A DNA stretch of 32,000 nucleotides, taken from assembly GCF_000237865.1 (NCBI RefSeq), contig NC_017459.1, positions 1,890,001 through 1,922,000 of the forward strand. Reading direction: 5' to 3'. The number at the start of each line of letters is the position of its first letter. The stretch's first letter is position 1. Source of the stretch: Haloquadratum walsbyi C23. Lineage in GTDB: Archaea > Halobacteriota > Halobacteria > Halobacteriales > Haloferacaceae. Under the pieces are notes generated by a model, which was given only the letters and a program-made list of their open reading frames with translations, did not search any database and had not been told where the DNA came from. The translations under genes were made by a program, and so were the position numbers. Positions 17,371 to 27,197 of the stretch are shown here, piece by piece.

Positions 17371-18993
17371 TTAATCACGTACATGTTCAATTGTCAGCCC
17401 GGCAAGCCGACGTGCGAGATCGTCATCAAGTCCACTGTCAGTACACCGCCATTGCCAATTTCCGCTTGCTGTCCCGGGTTCATTAAATCGGGCATGTGAG
17501 TCAAGTCCAAGTATGTCCTGTAGTGTTGTAAATCCAATTTGAGCATCTGAACGCCACACAGCATCGATAATTGACCAATTAATCTCTGAGCCATCAACTC
17601 CAAGATTATAATGTAAGCAATCGCGCTGTGAGTGTGAAAGTGAGTCATAATATCCAACGATTGTATTAGTATCGTGGGTTGATGAATATGCGACGCTTTG
17701 AGCGGGATAATGCATCGGTTGATACATATTCCCTTCGTGACACCAATCAGCATAATGAGGAACTCGCATTCCAGGGAAATTGAAATGTTCTCGAAGATCG
17801 TGGAGCGCTTGATCAATAAATCCAAGATCTTCAACAACAAACGGGAGTGATCCAATGTGTTCACGAATGGTCTCAAAGAAATCATAGCCAGGAACCGATT
17901 GCCATTCACCTGCAGCAGGAGTGTCGGCATCGACAGGAATTGCATAATATGCATCAAACCCCTTGAAATGGTCAATGCGGGTTATATCGACGAGTGTAAA
18001 GAGTCGGTCAAGTCGATGAAGCCACCAATTATATTCCGTCTCACGAAGATGTTCCCAGTCATAAACTGGATTTCCCCACCGTTGACCATCATCGCCGTCA
18101 CTTGGGGGGACACCAGCGACGACCGCTGGCTCATTATCTTTTGTTAGTTGGAATACATCAGGAGTCGCCCAAACATCTGCACTGTCAAGAGCAACATAGA
18201 TTGGGAGATCACCGACGAGTGTAATATCGCGGTCAGTGGCTGCCGCCTGAAGTGACTGCCACTGTTGATCGAATATAAATTGTATGATGAGATGATATAT
18301 AACCTCTGAATCTAATGATTCATACTGATCGCTGAGTGCGTCTGGGTCTCGATGCCGGATTGACTCCGGCCAGTCTGTCCATGCGCCATCATACGAGGTT
18401 CGAAGTGCCATAAACAGCGCATAATCGGTGAGCCAATGACTCTCTCGATGATAAAATGGTTTGAATGCTGTGGCATCGATGCTTGTTTGATTATGAGTGG
18501 ATATATTTTGGCTCGGATCGACAGAATCACCGAGCGTGACAGTGACATCAACTGCTATGTCATCATTGACACCAGAACTGGCAGTAGTATCAGTATCAGC
18601 ATGAATGTTAATCCCGCCAACGGACTCCTGGAATCGTTTTGCAGCGATTCGAAGGCGGTCATGTTTGTATTCACGTACTGCGTCATACGCAACTTCGTGC
18701 GGTGAAAAGTCTGGGACCGGTTTGAGATCCTCGCTTGTGAGATATCCATCAGCAACGAGATCGTCTAAGCTAATTATCAATGGATTCCCTGCGAATGCAG
18801 AGTATGACTGGTATGGAGAGTCATCATGAATACCGGCTGTTGGACCGAGTGGGCAGAATTGCCACACCGACTGATTAGCTGTTTCAAGCCACTCAAGAAA
18901 GTTTCGTGCACCTGGACCGAGATCACCAATCCCATGTGGACCAGGGAGTGCAGTGATGTGAGCGAAAACGCCTGCCTGTCGATCAAACTGCAT
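17371..18993 (-). CDS. malQ: 4-alpha-glucanotransferase (amylomaltase, GH77)
   Basis: The N-terminus is AGVFAHITALPGPHGIGDLG, with later motifs DLPIYVALDSADVW, RIDHFKGF and VAYSSTHDTNT. Length is 540 aa. Confidence 0.9.
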   Translation of the reverse strand: MQFDRQAGVFAHITALPGPHGIGDLGPGARNFLEWLETANQSVWQFCPLGPTAGIHDDSPYQSYSAFAGNPLIISLDDLVADGYLTSEDLKPVPDFSPHEVAYDAVREYKHDRLRIAAKRFQESVGGINIHADTDTTASSGVNDDIAVDVTVTLGDSVDPSQNISTHNQTSIDATAFKPFYHRESHWLTDYALFMALRTSYDGAWTDWPESIRHRDPDALSDQYESLDSEVIYHLIIQFIFDQQWQSLQAAATDRDITLVGDLPIYVALDSADVWATPDVFQLTKDNEPAVVAGVPPSDGDDGQRWGNPVYDWEHLRETEYNWWLHRLDRLFTLVDITRIDHFKGFDAYYAIPVDADTPAAGEWQSVPGYDFFETIREHIGSLPFVVEDLGFIDQALHDLREHFNFPGMRVPHYADWCHEGNMYQPMHYPAQSVAYSSTHDTNTIVGYYDSLSHSQRDCLHYNLGVDGSEINWSIIDAVWRSDAQIGFTTLQDILGLDSHARFNEPGTASGNWQWRCTDSGLDDDLARRLAGLTIEHVRD

Positions 18994-19041
18994 ACTGAAG
19001 CCATCGGCGTCGGCAATTAATCACTGTTGTTCTGTATATCA

Positions 19042-19089
19042 CGGAGAACCAAGGAGGAACCCTTGCGTTCAGCGCGGAGAGGATGTGAC
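19042..19089 (+). repeat. Solo IS hairpin combining a left-end-like 5' arm and a right-end-like 3' arm
   Basis: The sequence is ggagaaccaaggaggaacccttgcgttcagcgcggagaggatgtgac. Compare the left end ggagaatcgaggagaaagcctcgcgcttcagcgcgg and the right end cgcgcttcagcgcggggaggatgtcaa. Confidence 0.5.
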
Positions 19090-19368
19090 TAAAGACAGGT
19101 ATACCGCAGCATACAGACGTAATACGACAATCAAGAATTAGATTCCAACGTGGGCTTGTGTTAGATCTATTTTGAGTAGTCATTCGATGAGACTACTGAC
19201 CCTGTTGCTTTCACTACTCGAAATTACTCCGTGATTCCACCAGAGAAGATAGCAAAAGATATGCTCTATCGAAATATAAATATTAAATGTATTATAATCA
19301 ATAGGTTATTCAATCAATTGATTTGCCACTCAAAAACACTTATTCGTGACCTCATATTTCTAATCGAT

Positions 19369-21297
19369 ATGAATGATATCACGGTCACGCTTCCCGATGG
19401 TTCCGAATTATCTGTACCAGCAGATGCAACCGTCGAGGATGTGGCCTATGAGATTGGCCCTGGACTGGGACGCGATACGATTGCTGGGGTAGTTGACGGC
19501 GAGCTTGTTGATGCTACTACATCTGTATATAATGATGCGCGCGTCGTCATCGTTACTGAACAAAGTGACGAATACCAGCGCGTTCTTCGACATTCCGCAG
19601 CCCATGTATTCGCACAGGCACTTCAACGAGAGTACCCAGACGCGAAATTAACTATCGGTCCACCGACTGATGATGGATTTTACTATGATATTGCGAGTGT
19701 TGATCTTGATGAAAATGATCTTGAGACGATTGAAACCGAAATGGAGGCAATTATTGATGCCGACATTCCAATCACCCAACAGTATCAATCACGAGAGGAA
19801 GCGTTCTCGAAATATGAGAATAATCCATATAAGTGTGATATTCTTGAGACAGAGGCCGCCGATGAGGATCCAGTTTCATTCTATATTCAAGATGATTTTG
19901 AGGATCTCTGTCAGGGTCCACATGTCGATTCAACAGGTGAGATTGGTGCAATTACACTATTGAATATTTCATCAGCATATTGGCGTGGTGATGAGGATAA
20001 TGACACACTGACTCGAGTTTACGGAGCAGCATTCGAATCGGAATCAGAACTTGAATCATTCCTTGAGCGTCGTAAAAAGGCAAAAGAGCGTGATCATCGA
20101 AAGATCGGTCAAGAACTTGATTTATTCTCCATCCCAGATATCACTGGACCAGGACTACCGTTGTATCATCCCGATGGGAAAAAGATACTTAATGAACTTT
20201 CATCATTCGCACGGTCACTGAATCTTGAGGCTGGATATGAGCCCGTTGAAACGCCGCATCTCTTTCGGACAGAACTCTGGAAGCAATCAGGGCATTATGA
20301 GAATTATGTTGATGATATGTTCTTATTGGATGTGAGCGATGAAGAGTACGGGCTCAAACCAATGAACTGTCCTGGACATGCGACAATTTTTGACCAACAC
20401 TCATGGTCATATCGCGATTTACCGGTTCGGTACTTTGAGGATGGAAAGGTATATCGCAAAGAGCAACGTGGAGAACTCTCCGGGCTTTCTCGCGTATGGT
20501 CATTTACTATCGACGATGGGCATCTATTCTGTCAGCCAGAGCAAATTGAACAGGAGGTCACGCATGTGATGGATGCAATCTACTCAGTGCTTGATACATT
20601 TGGGCTGGAAGCACATGTTGCGCTTGCAACGCGACCAGAGAAATCAGTCGGCGGCGATGAGATCTGGGAGAACGCTGAGGCACAACTCCGGTCAGTACTT
20701 GAATCACAGAATATTGATTACGATCTTGAACCCGGGGACGGTGCATTTTATGGTCCAAAAATTGACTTTGCATTTGAGGACGCACTTGGTCGACAATGGG
20801 ACGGACCAACCGTCCAGTTAGATTTCAATATGCCGGATCGGTTTGAATTAACATACACTGGTGAAGATAATACGGATCATCAACCGGTAATGATTCATCG
20901 TGCCCTGTATGGATCATATGAACGGTTCTTCATGGTGTTGATTGAGCACTTTAATGGAAAGTTTCCGCTGTGGCTTGCTCCTGATCAGGTCCGAATTCTC
21001 CCAATCAGTGATGATCAACTCGGTTACGCACATCGGATTAAGAATGAACTCAGTGATTTCCGTGTCAGCATTGAGGACCGTGCGTGGACACTTGGACGAA
21101 AAATCCGTGCAGCACAAGAGGAACGGGTACCCTACATGATTATTATTGGCGATGATGAGGTTTCAACAGAGACGATTTCAGTTCGTGACCGGAAAGAGCG
21201 TGAAAAACAGGATGTTGATCTTAGTACGTTTCACTCACATCTCCAGTCTGAGTACGAAAATAAACGACTTGAGCCTGATTTCATCGATATGAATTGA
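19369..21297 (+). CDS. thrS: Threonine--tRNA ligase
   Basis: It has a TGS domain ([13 protein letters not shown]), the editing-domain motif HSAAHV and class II core motifs ([39 protein letters not shown]). ATG at 19369 gives 642 aa. Confidence 0.92.
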   Translation: MNDITVTLPDGSELSVPADATVEDVAYEIGPGLGRDTIAGVVDGELVDATTSVYNDARVVIVTEQSDEYQRVLRHSAAHVFAQALQREYPDAKLTIGPPTDDGFYYDIASVDLDENDLETIETEMEAIIDADIPITQQYQSREEAFSKYENNPYKCDILETEAADEDPVSFYIQDDFEDLCQGPHVDSTGEIGAITLLNISSAYWRGDEDNDTLTRVYGAAFESESELESFLERRKKAKERDHRKIGQELDLFSIPDITGPGLPLYHPDGKKILNELSSFARSLNLEAGYEPVETPHLFRTELWKQSGHYENYVDDMFLLDVSDEEYGLKPMNCPGHATIFDQHSWSYRDLPVRYFEDGKVYRKEQRGELSGLSRVWSFTIDDGHLFCQPEQIEQEVTHVMDAIYSVLDTFGLEAHVALATRPEKSVGGDEIWENAEAQLRSVLESQNIDYDLEPGDGAFYGPKIDFAFEDALGRQWDGPTVQLDFNMPDRFELTYTGEDNTDHQPVMIHRALYGSYERFFMVLIEHFNGKFPLWLAPDQVRILPISDDQLGYAHRIKNELSDFRVSIEDRAWTLGRKIRAAQEERVPYMIIIGDDEVSTETISVRDRKEREKQDVDLSTFHSHLQSEYENKRLEPDFIDMN

Positions 21298-21315
21298 TCA
21301 CATACGGTTGATTAC

Positions 21316-22811
21316 GGAGAATCGAGGAGAAAGCCTCGCGCTTCAGCGCGGGAATGAATCCGACGAACTCTCCACACTCCACCGCCTGATAACATTGCAG
21401 GATATTCCACGCTGTGGCAATACCCATACCATTAATTACGAATACTGTCATAGAGTACCTATGGCAAAACAGGTTGTCACGCGCACCTATACTGCTTCCA
21501 TTCGGAATCAGTCACGGGTGTCCGACGATCTTGATGCCCTTGGGTTCGCAGCCTCGAAACTCTGGAACGTCGGACGGTGGACGTGTAGTCGCATCTGGGG
21601 TGAAATCGGTCACATCCCGAACCACACCGAACTCACCGCGTACCTCAAAACCCACGAACGCTACGATGACCTGCATTCGCAGTCAAGTCAGCGAGTCCTT
21701 CAAGAACTCGCTGAAGCGTTCAACAGTTGGTACGGCAAACGACGCAACGGAGACATGAGAGCGAACCCGCCCGGCTACCGCAAACATGGTGACGAACACC
21801 CACGCAGCACGGTGACGTTCAAAGCCGCTGGCTTCAAACTCGATACCCAGTACAACCGCGTTCGACTCTCTCAAGGCGCAAACCTCAAGAACTATTGGTC
21901 GGACTTCATCCTCTGTACATTCCATACTCGCCCCGACGTTGACCTCTCCACCGTAGAGACCGTCCAGCAAGTGAAAGCAGTGTGGACAGGCGACGAATGG
22001 GAACTTCGCTTCGTCTGTAAAGTGGAGATTGAGGCATCTGAGTCGCCCGGCGAGAAGACCGTCGGTGTTGATCTCGGTATTAAAAATTTTGCCGCGCTCG
22101 CCTACGAGGACGGTCACAGCGAACTGTACCCGCTCAATTGCTTGAAACAGGACGACTATTACTTCAGCAAACGGATTGCTCGGTGTGACGACTCGAACTC
22201 CGAGCAGGTCACCCGGCTGAATCATAAGAAGTCGGCTCGTCGCACTCACTATTTCCATACGCTTTCGAAACACATTGTTGAACGGTGTGTTGAGGAAGGC
22301 GTTGGAACTATCGTGGTCGGCAATCTCTCCGACATCCGTGTGGATGAGGAGACCAATGAGGCAAAAAACTGGGGTAGGCATGGAAACCTCGATCTCCACT
22401 CGTGGGCGTTTGACCGGTTCAGGAAGCTGCTCACCTACAAATCAGAGACGGAAGACATCACGGTTGAGCAGGAGTCTGAGCGCGATACGTCGAAGTCGTG
22501 TTCGTGTTGTGGTCGCAAGCGGGATGGGAACCGCGTTGAACGCGGGTTGTACGTCTGCGATACGTGCGGTACAGTGGCGAACGCTGATGTGAACGGGGCC
22601 GAGAATATCCGACAGAAAGTATCTCTGAGTTCACCGAATCTGTCGGTGAATAGGAGTAACGGCTGGTTGGCACAGCCATCGACATTCCTGTTCGACAAGG
22701 AGACTGGTGCGTTTGCACCTGAAGAACGGGTTAGGTCGTAAACCACAATATCCCAACTCAGCGGTGCGGTGCCGTGGGAATCCTCGCGCTTCAGCGCGGG
22801 GAGGATGTCAA
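21316..22811 (+). mobile_element. IS200/IS605-family element of the IS1341 type (tnpB only, no tnpA), apparently intact
   Basis: It is flanked 5' by TTAC (21312-21315) and ends in GTCAA (22807-22811). It has near-identical subterminal hairpins cgcgcTTCAgcgcg at both ends (about 21337-21350 and 22785-22798). Confidence 0.85.
21461..22741 (+). CDS. tnpB: TnpB (OrfB) RNA-guided endonuclease-type protein
   Basis: The 426-aa protein has RuvC motifs VGVDLGIKNFA, TIVVGNLSDI and NADVNGAENI, plus the zinc finger CSCCG...CDTCG. Confidence 0.9.
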   Translation: MAKQVVTRTYTASIRNQSRVSDDLDALGFAASKLWNVGRWTCSRIWGEIGHIPNHTELTAYLKTHERYDDLHSQSSQRVLQELAEAFNSWYGKRRNGDMRANPPGYRKHGDEHPRSTVTFKAAGFKLDTQYNRVRLSQGANLKNYWSDFILCTFHTRPDVDLSTVETVQQVKAVWTGDEWELRFVCKVEIEASESPGEKTVGVDLGIKNFAALAYEDGHSELYPLNCLKQDDYYFSKRIARCDDSNSEQVTRLNHKKSARRTHYFHTLSKHIVERCVEEGVGTIVVGNLSDIRVDEETNEAKNWGRHGNLDLHSWAFDRFRKLLTYKSETEDITVEQESERDTSKSCSCCGRKRDGNRVERGLYVCDTCGTVANADVNGAENIRQKVSLSSPNLSVNRSNGWLAQPSTFLFDKETGAFAPEERVRS

Positions 22812-22827
22812 ATATCTATCTGTAATA
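22600..22827 (+). ncRNA. Predicted omega-RNA (reRNA): scaffold overlapping the tnpB 3' end and right end, plus about 16 nt of flanking guide
   Basis: This is by analogy with characterised TnpB systems. This exact segment is the part retained in the 375-bp miniature at 10411-10785. The 5' boundary is a guess. Confidence 0.4.
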
Positions 22828-22896
22828 GAGGGGATGAGTCAGAAGACAGTATGTGATAATTAATTTTTCTTCATCATATCAGCACATTTTTTCGAT

Positions 22897-24588
22897 TCAA
22901 TTATCTGTGAAAATCTCATTGTACGATGCCGCGATTGGATAGCGCCATCCACTGTCAAAAGCCTTTGTTGTGACGCGGAGCGCTGGTGGTGTCTGTTTAC
23001 GCTTAAACTCTGATTGAGTGATATTTTCTACAACTGTTTTGACTTGTTCTTTTGTTGCGTTGGTCTCTTCGACAATCTGTGTGAGCGGATATTTGTCTCC
23101 GACATACTGGCTGACGACAGCGTCGGTGATCTCATATGGCGGAATATCATCAACATCAGTTTGTCCCTCAGCAAGTTCTGCTGTCGGCGCTTTTCCTATG
23201 ACAGAATGAGGGATTGGAGTAGAATCAGCCCATGTTGGGATATCCGTATTGAAATCTTCTGCAAGTGCGTATACACGACGCTTGGTGCAGTCACCAAGGG
23301 GTGCAATCGCACCAACCGCATCACCATAGAGTGTACAGTAACCAACTGCTGCTTCGCTTTTATTATCAGGGGTCAACACAAGTGCATCAAGATCATTTGA
23401 GACGCCCATCAATAACAAACCACGTACTCGAGCCTGTACATTCTCACGAGTAATCCCCCGAGTATCATCACCTGGTGTGACTCCATTGATTGCATCAAGC
23501 AAAGACTGTGAGAGGTGTTCAATCCCGATTTCATCGAATTGTATTCCAAGATTTTGAGCAACCCGCTCTGCATCTGTTCGGTTATTCTCAGTGGTAATAG
23601 CGCTCGGTAATGTTATGCCATGAACATTCGATGGACCGATAGCTTCGGCAGCAAGGGCAGCAGTAACTGATGAATCGATTCCACCGGAAAGCCCGATAAT
23701 AACATCATCAAATCCACTTTTATCGAGGTAATCCCGAATTCCCAGTTCGAGCATCCGTCGGAGTTGTGCCGTCTCAGATGGGGTTGTTCCTGACGTCGAG
23801 TTATTCTTCGGCTGACCAATCAATACACGTGGTTCGCCGCTTGTAGCAGAGGCTATCTGAGAACCATCAGAATCAAGTATGAACGATGTGCCATCAAATA
23901 GAATGTCATCATTGCCGCCGACTTGGTTGGCAAAAACAACCGGTGCGTCGATGCGCCTAGCATGACGCCCAAATCGATCAAATCGTGCTGAGGATTTATT
24001 CACTCGATATGGGCTTGCAGATAGATTAACAAGAAGGTCGACATCTGCGGTTTCATAGGGTGCAATCGGATCTGTTTGATGACGCTGTTGACCAGTTACT
24101 TCATGATCATACCAAGCATCTTCACAGATTGTAATCCCGACCGTTGTGTCGTCAATATGAGTTGTCTGCGATTCGGTGCCTCGTGAAAAATAGCGATGTT
24201 CGTCGAAGATATCATACGTCGGGAGAAGACGCTTATTATACTGCACAGTAGCTTCTCCATCAACGAAGACTGTTGCACTATTCGTGAGTGGTGGACCGCT
24301 CGTGCGGTCTGCAGAGGCGGTGTGTCCGACGATGAGCGGGGGACCCTGTTCGGTGAGATGGCGGAGGGTCTCAAGCGCAGTCTGTTCTGCATCACGCACA
24401 CGCTGTCGATGGAGGAGATCCCGAGGCGGATACCCCAATAATGCGAGTTCTGGTGTAATAATTAAACCGACACCCGCGTCGGTAGCTTGCTCATATGCTT
24501 CGATAATCTGAGTGCAATTGCCAGACACATCACCAACAATGGGGTTATGTTGGACAATGGCAATCTTAATTGGCAGAGACATACTCAC
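22897..24588 (-). CDS. nadE: Glutamine-dependent NAD+ synthetase (CN-hydrolase domain plus NAD synthase domain)
   Basis: The nitrilase-like N-terminus has PELALLGYPPRD and ICEDAW. The C-terminal PP-loop is GLSGGIDSSV. Length is 563 aa. Confidence 0.9.
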   Translation of the reverse strand: MSMSLPIKIAIVQHNPIVGDVSGNCTQIIEAYEQATDAGVGLIITPELALLGYPPRDLLHRQRVRDAEQTALETLRHLTEQGPPLIVGHTASADRTSGPPLTNSATVFVDGEATVQYNKRLLPTYDIFDEHRYFSRGTESQTTHIDDTTVGITICEDAWYDHEVTGQQRHQTDPIAPYETADVDLLVNLSASPYRVNKSSARFDRFGRHARRIDAPVVFANQVGGNDDILFDGTSFILDSDGSQIASATSGEPRVLIGQPKNNSTSGTTPSETAQLRRMLELGIRDYLDKSGFDDVIIGLSGGIDSSVTAALAAEAIGPSNVHGITLPSAITTENNRTDAERVAQNLGIQFDEIGIEHLSQSLLDAINGVTPGDDTRGITRENVQARVRGLLLMGVSNDLDALVLTPDNKSEAAVGYCTLYGDAVGAIAPLGDCTKRRVYALAEDFNTDIPTWADSTPIPHSVIGKAPTAELAEGQTDVDDIPPYEITDAVVSQYVGDKYPLTQIVEETNATKEQVKTVVENITQSEFKRKQTPPALRVTTKAFDSGWRYPIAASYNEIFTDN

Positions 24589-24683
24589 TTTTGTGCTTAT
24601 TCGGGCATAAGTTCATACACTCAATAGCATTGACGAGCGGCTATATATGATATTGTATATGATTGATTCTACAGAGAAAGCAG

Positions 24684-24720
24684 GCAGAGTGCCTCGGGGC
24701 TTGACCCCGGAGCAGTTCAC
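24684..24720 (+). repeat. GC-rich palindromic repeat, copy e
   Basis: gcagagTGCCTCGGGGCTTGACCCCGGAGCAgttcac. Confidence 0.6.
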
Positions 24721-24864
24721 TAGTAATAGGAGTTATCTCTGGTTAGTCGAAATGTGATAGTGGGTACTGAATATCACCCAGAGTTATAATAATCCGGATA
24801 TACCTCGGTTTAGCCAGTCCGAACGAGTGCTGTTAAGTGGTGGCCGACCGGATTAATCTGCATA

Positions 24865-26319
24865 ATGAGCACAGAGGCCACTATCTCATCGATGTCCGCG
24901 TACGCTATTCTTGGGTGCGGAAGTGTCGGTTACGCGGTGGCCGAAGAACTCGTTGAGGAAGGTAGAGATGTTCTCATTCTTGATAAAGATGAGAGTCGTG
25001 TTGAGTCGTTGCGTGATCAGGACTTAAACGCCCAACAGACTGATATTTCCGATGAAACTGTGAAAACGGCTGTAGCTGACCGTGAGGTCGTCCTTATTCT
25101 CGCATCAGATGTCGAGGCTAATAAAGCTGCAGTCGCAGCAATCCGCGAACAGGATGATGATCAATTTATCGTTGCAAGGGCATCTGATCCGGTAACAGAA
25201 GACGAACTCGATGAACTCGGTGCGGATGCTGTAATTAACCCCTCTGAGGTTATCGCCAATTCAGCACTCCGGTCACTCGAATCTGGTGAACTCGAGTATA
25301 AGACTGACCAGTTAGCAGCAATACTTGAGTCATCAGCAGATTCCGTTGCGATCCTGACACAAAAAAACCCAGATCCTGATTCAATTGCATCAGCAGCAGC
25401 ACTAGAGGCGATTGCTGAGTCTCATGATGCTGAGGCAGATATCCTGTATGATGGTGATATTGGTCATCAAGAAAATCGAGCGTTTGTAAACGTGCTTGGG
25501 ATTAAACTGACATCAGAGTCCAAAGAGCAGACATTGTCCGCATACGATGTTATTGCACTTGTTGATCATGCAGATTTTGAAACTCCTGGATTAGATAGAA
25601 CAGTCGACATTGTCATCGATCATTGCGAACCTGAGGAGGAAATCGATGCCAGCTTCAGTGATATTCGACCAAGCATGTCAGCTACATCAACTATCCTTAC
25701 AAAATATCTCCAGGAATTTGATATGAGCCCGACTGAAGTTGTTGCAACAGCGCTTCTGTATGGCATTCGATCGGAAACATTCGACTTTAAACGTGAAACA
25801 TCGCCTGCAGATCTCACGGCTGCAGCATACCTGTATCCATTCGCAGACCATGACACACTTGAGCAAGTTGAATCACCCTCTATGTCGCCAGAAACCCTGG
25901 ATATCCTCGCAGAAGGAATCCAGAATCGGGAAGTTCAGGGAAGCCATCTTGTATCAAACGCCGGCTTTGTTCGCGACCGGGATGCACTTGGGCAGGCAGC
26001 ACAGCACCTACTTAAACTCGAAGGAATCACCACAACAGCTGTTTTTGGTATCGCTGACGATCGGATTTACCTCTCAGCGCGCTCGAAGGATGTCCGTATA
26101 GACATTGAGAAGATACTTGAAGATGCATTCGCAGATATCGGCGAGACTGGTGGACACTCCACCCAAGGGGATGTCGAGATTCCACTCGGTATTTTCACTG
26201 GGATTGAGACAACCGATGGAAACCGCGATACTCTTCTGCAATTGACCGAGGAAGCTGTCCGACGAAAATTACTTGAAGCAATGGGTGTCGAAGGAGCTGA
26301 GAGCGGTAATGGAAGTTAA
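24865..26319 (+). CDS. TrkA-N (Rossmann) domain fused to a DHH/DHHA1 phosphoesterase
   Basis: The GxGxxG motif is ILGCGSVGYAV. DHH motifs are NPDPDSIASAAAL and LVDHADF. The DHHA1 motif is GETGGHSTQG. Confidence 0.8.
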   Translation: MSTEATISSMSAYAILGCGSVGYAVAEELVEEGRDVLILDKDESRVESLRDQDLNAQQTDISDETVKTAVADREVVLILASDVEANKAAVAAIREQDDDQFIVARASDPVTEDELDELGADAVINPSEVIANSALRSLESGELEYKTDQLAAILESSADSVAILTQKNPDPDSIASAAALEAIAESHDAEADILYDGDIGHQENRAFVNVLGIKLTSESKEQTLSAYDVIALVDHADFETPGLDRTVDIVIDHCEPEEEIDASFSDIRPSMSATSTILTKYLQEFDMSPTEVVATALLYGIRSETFDFKRETSPADLTAAAYLYPFADHDTLEQVESPSMSPETLDILAEGIQNREVQGSHLVSNAGFVRDRDALGQAAQHLLKLEGITTTAVFGIADDRIYLSARSKDVRIDIEKILEDAFADIGETGGHSTQGDVEIPLGIFTGIETTDGNRDTLLQLTEEAVRRKLLEAMGVEGAESGNGS

Positions 26320-26412
26320 CCGGAGAGCAGAAATCTCTAGATATCACCATGGCTCCTAACGCCACGTCATATTTAATCTAGCTAGTGAATAAATAATCAC
26401 GCCGACATATTG

Positions 26413-26454
26413 TAAACTGCCTTGCGGTCAAGCCCCGGGGCAGTCGCGTTGAAC
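26413..26454 (-). repeat. GC-rich palindromic repeat, copy f (inverted orientation)
   Basis: The reverse complement is gttcaacgcgacTGCCCCGGGGCTTGACCGCAAGGCAgtttac. Confidence 0.6.
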
Positions 26455-26620
26455 CGCCCGTACATATTCATCTGACACGATATTAATAGAAAAGTTGTAT
26501 TAGCATCAGTAAGATATGATACCGACAGTTATCGGTGTGAGATGTGCGAATATGAGAAAATAAAGAGTGTATTACAGTCACACACGACTCATAGTATCAT
26601 TCAGCATCACATGTGTTGTA

Positions 26621-27004
26621 TCATGCAACAACAGTGTTACCATCCTCATCATCTTCATCATCTTTCAGCCGTTCGACAACATCAGTGACCAAGACAATAT
26701 CACCAACCGACCGCACCCATCGATAAGGAACAATGACACCTGTCCCAGGTTCAACTCGGTCGCTAAATAATTCATCATTAAGCTGTGTCAGTGCAAGCCC
26801 AGTAATCTCACGTCGATCCTTGAGATCAACGCGAAGGTCTTCCACCTCACCGACAAAAACACCACTATTTGAGTATACTTTATGACCAATCAGTGTCGTG
26901 ATCTCTTCGATTGTCTCGTCCATATGGCGACTCACGGTGGCATCCATCTTAACAGTTCGTTGTATTTTATCAAGATTCCACGTCATTGTTGTGAAATAGA
27001 GCAT
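26621..27004 (-). CDS. PRC-barrel domain protein
   Basis: LIGHKVYSNSGVFVGEVEDLRVDL...VIVPYRWVRSVGDIVLV is typical of a PRC barrel. The start codon is uncertain. Confidence 0.6.
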   Translation of the reverse strand: MLYFTTMTWNLDKIQRTVKMDATVSRHMDETIEEITTLIGHKVYSNSGVFVGEVEDLRVDLKDRREITGLALTQLNDELFSDRVEPGTGVIVPYRWVRSVGDIVLVTDVVERLKDDEDDEDGNTVVA

Positions 27005-27197
27005 CCTGTGTAGAAAAAATATAGTAAAATATATTACTTATACAGTGATATAGCCGAGATTACACCATATTAAAACGAGTGATATGTCTATTATCTTGAT
27101 CGGAATAGAATAATTAGGGATATCAGATTATCACATCAACAATCATCAAATGAGTGTTCGCCTTGAGTTGAGGCTCACAGTGATTAAAGATATATGA

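Noticed and set aside
21308-21460. N-terminal extension of TnpB from the TTG at 21308
   Set aside because: The extension runs through the IS left-end hairpin and is not TnpB-like. ATG 21461 (MAKQVVTRTYTA..) gives a canonical TnpB N-terminus.
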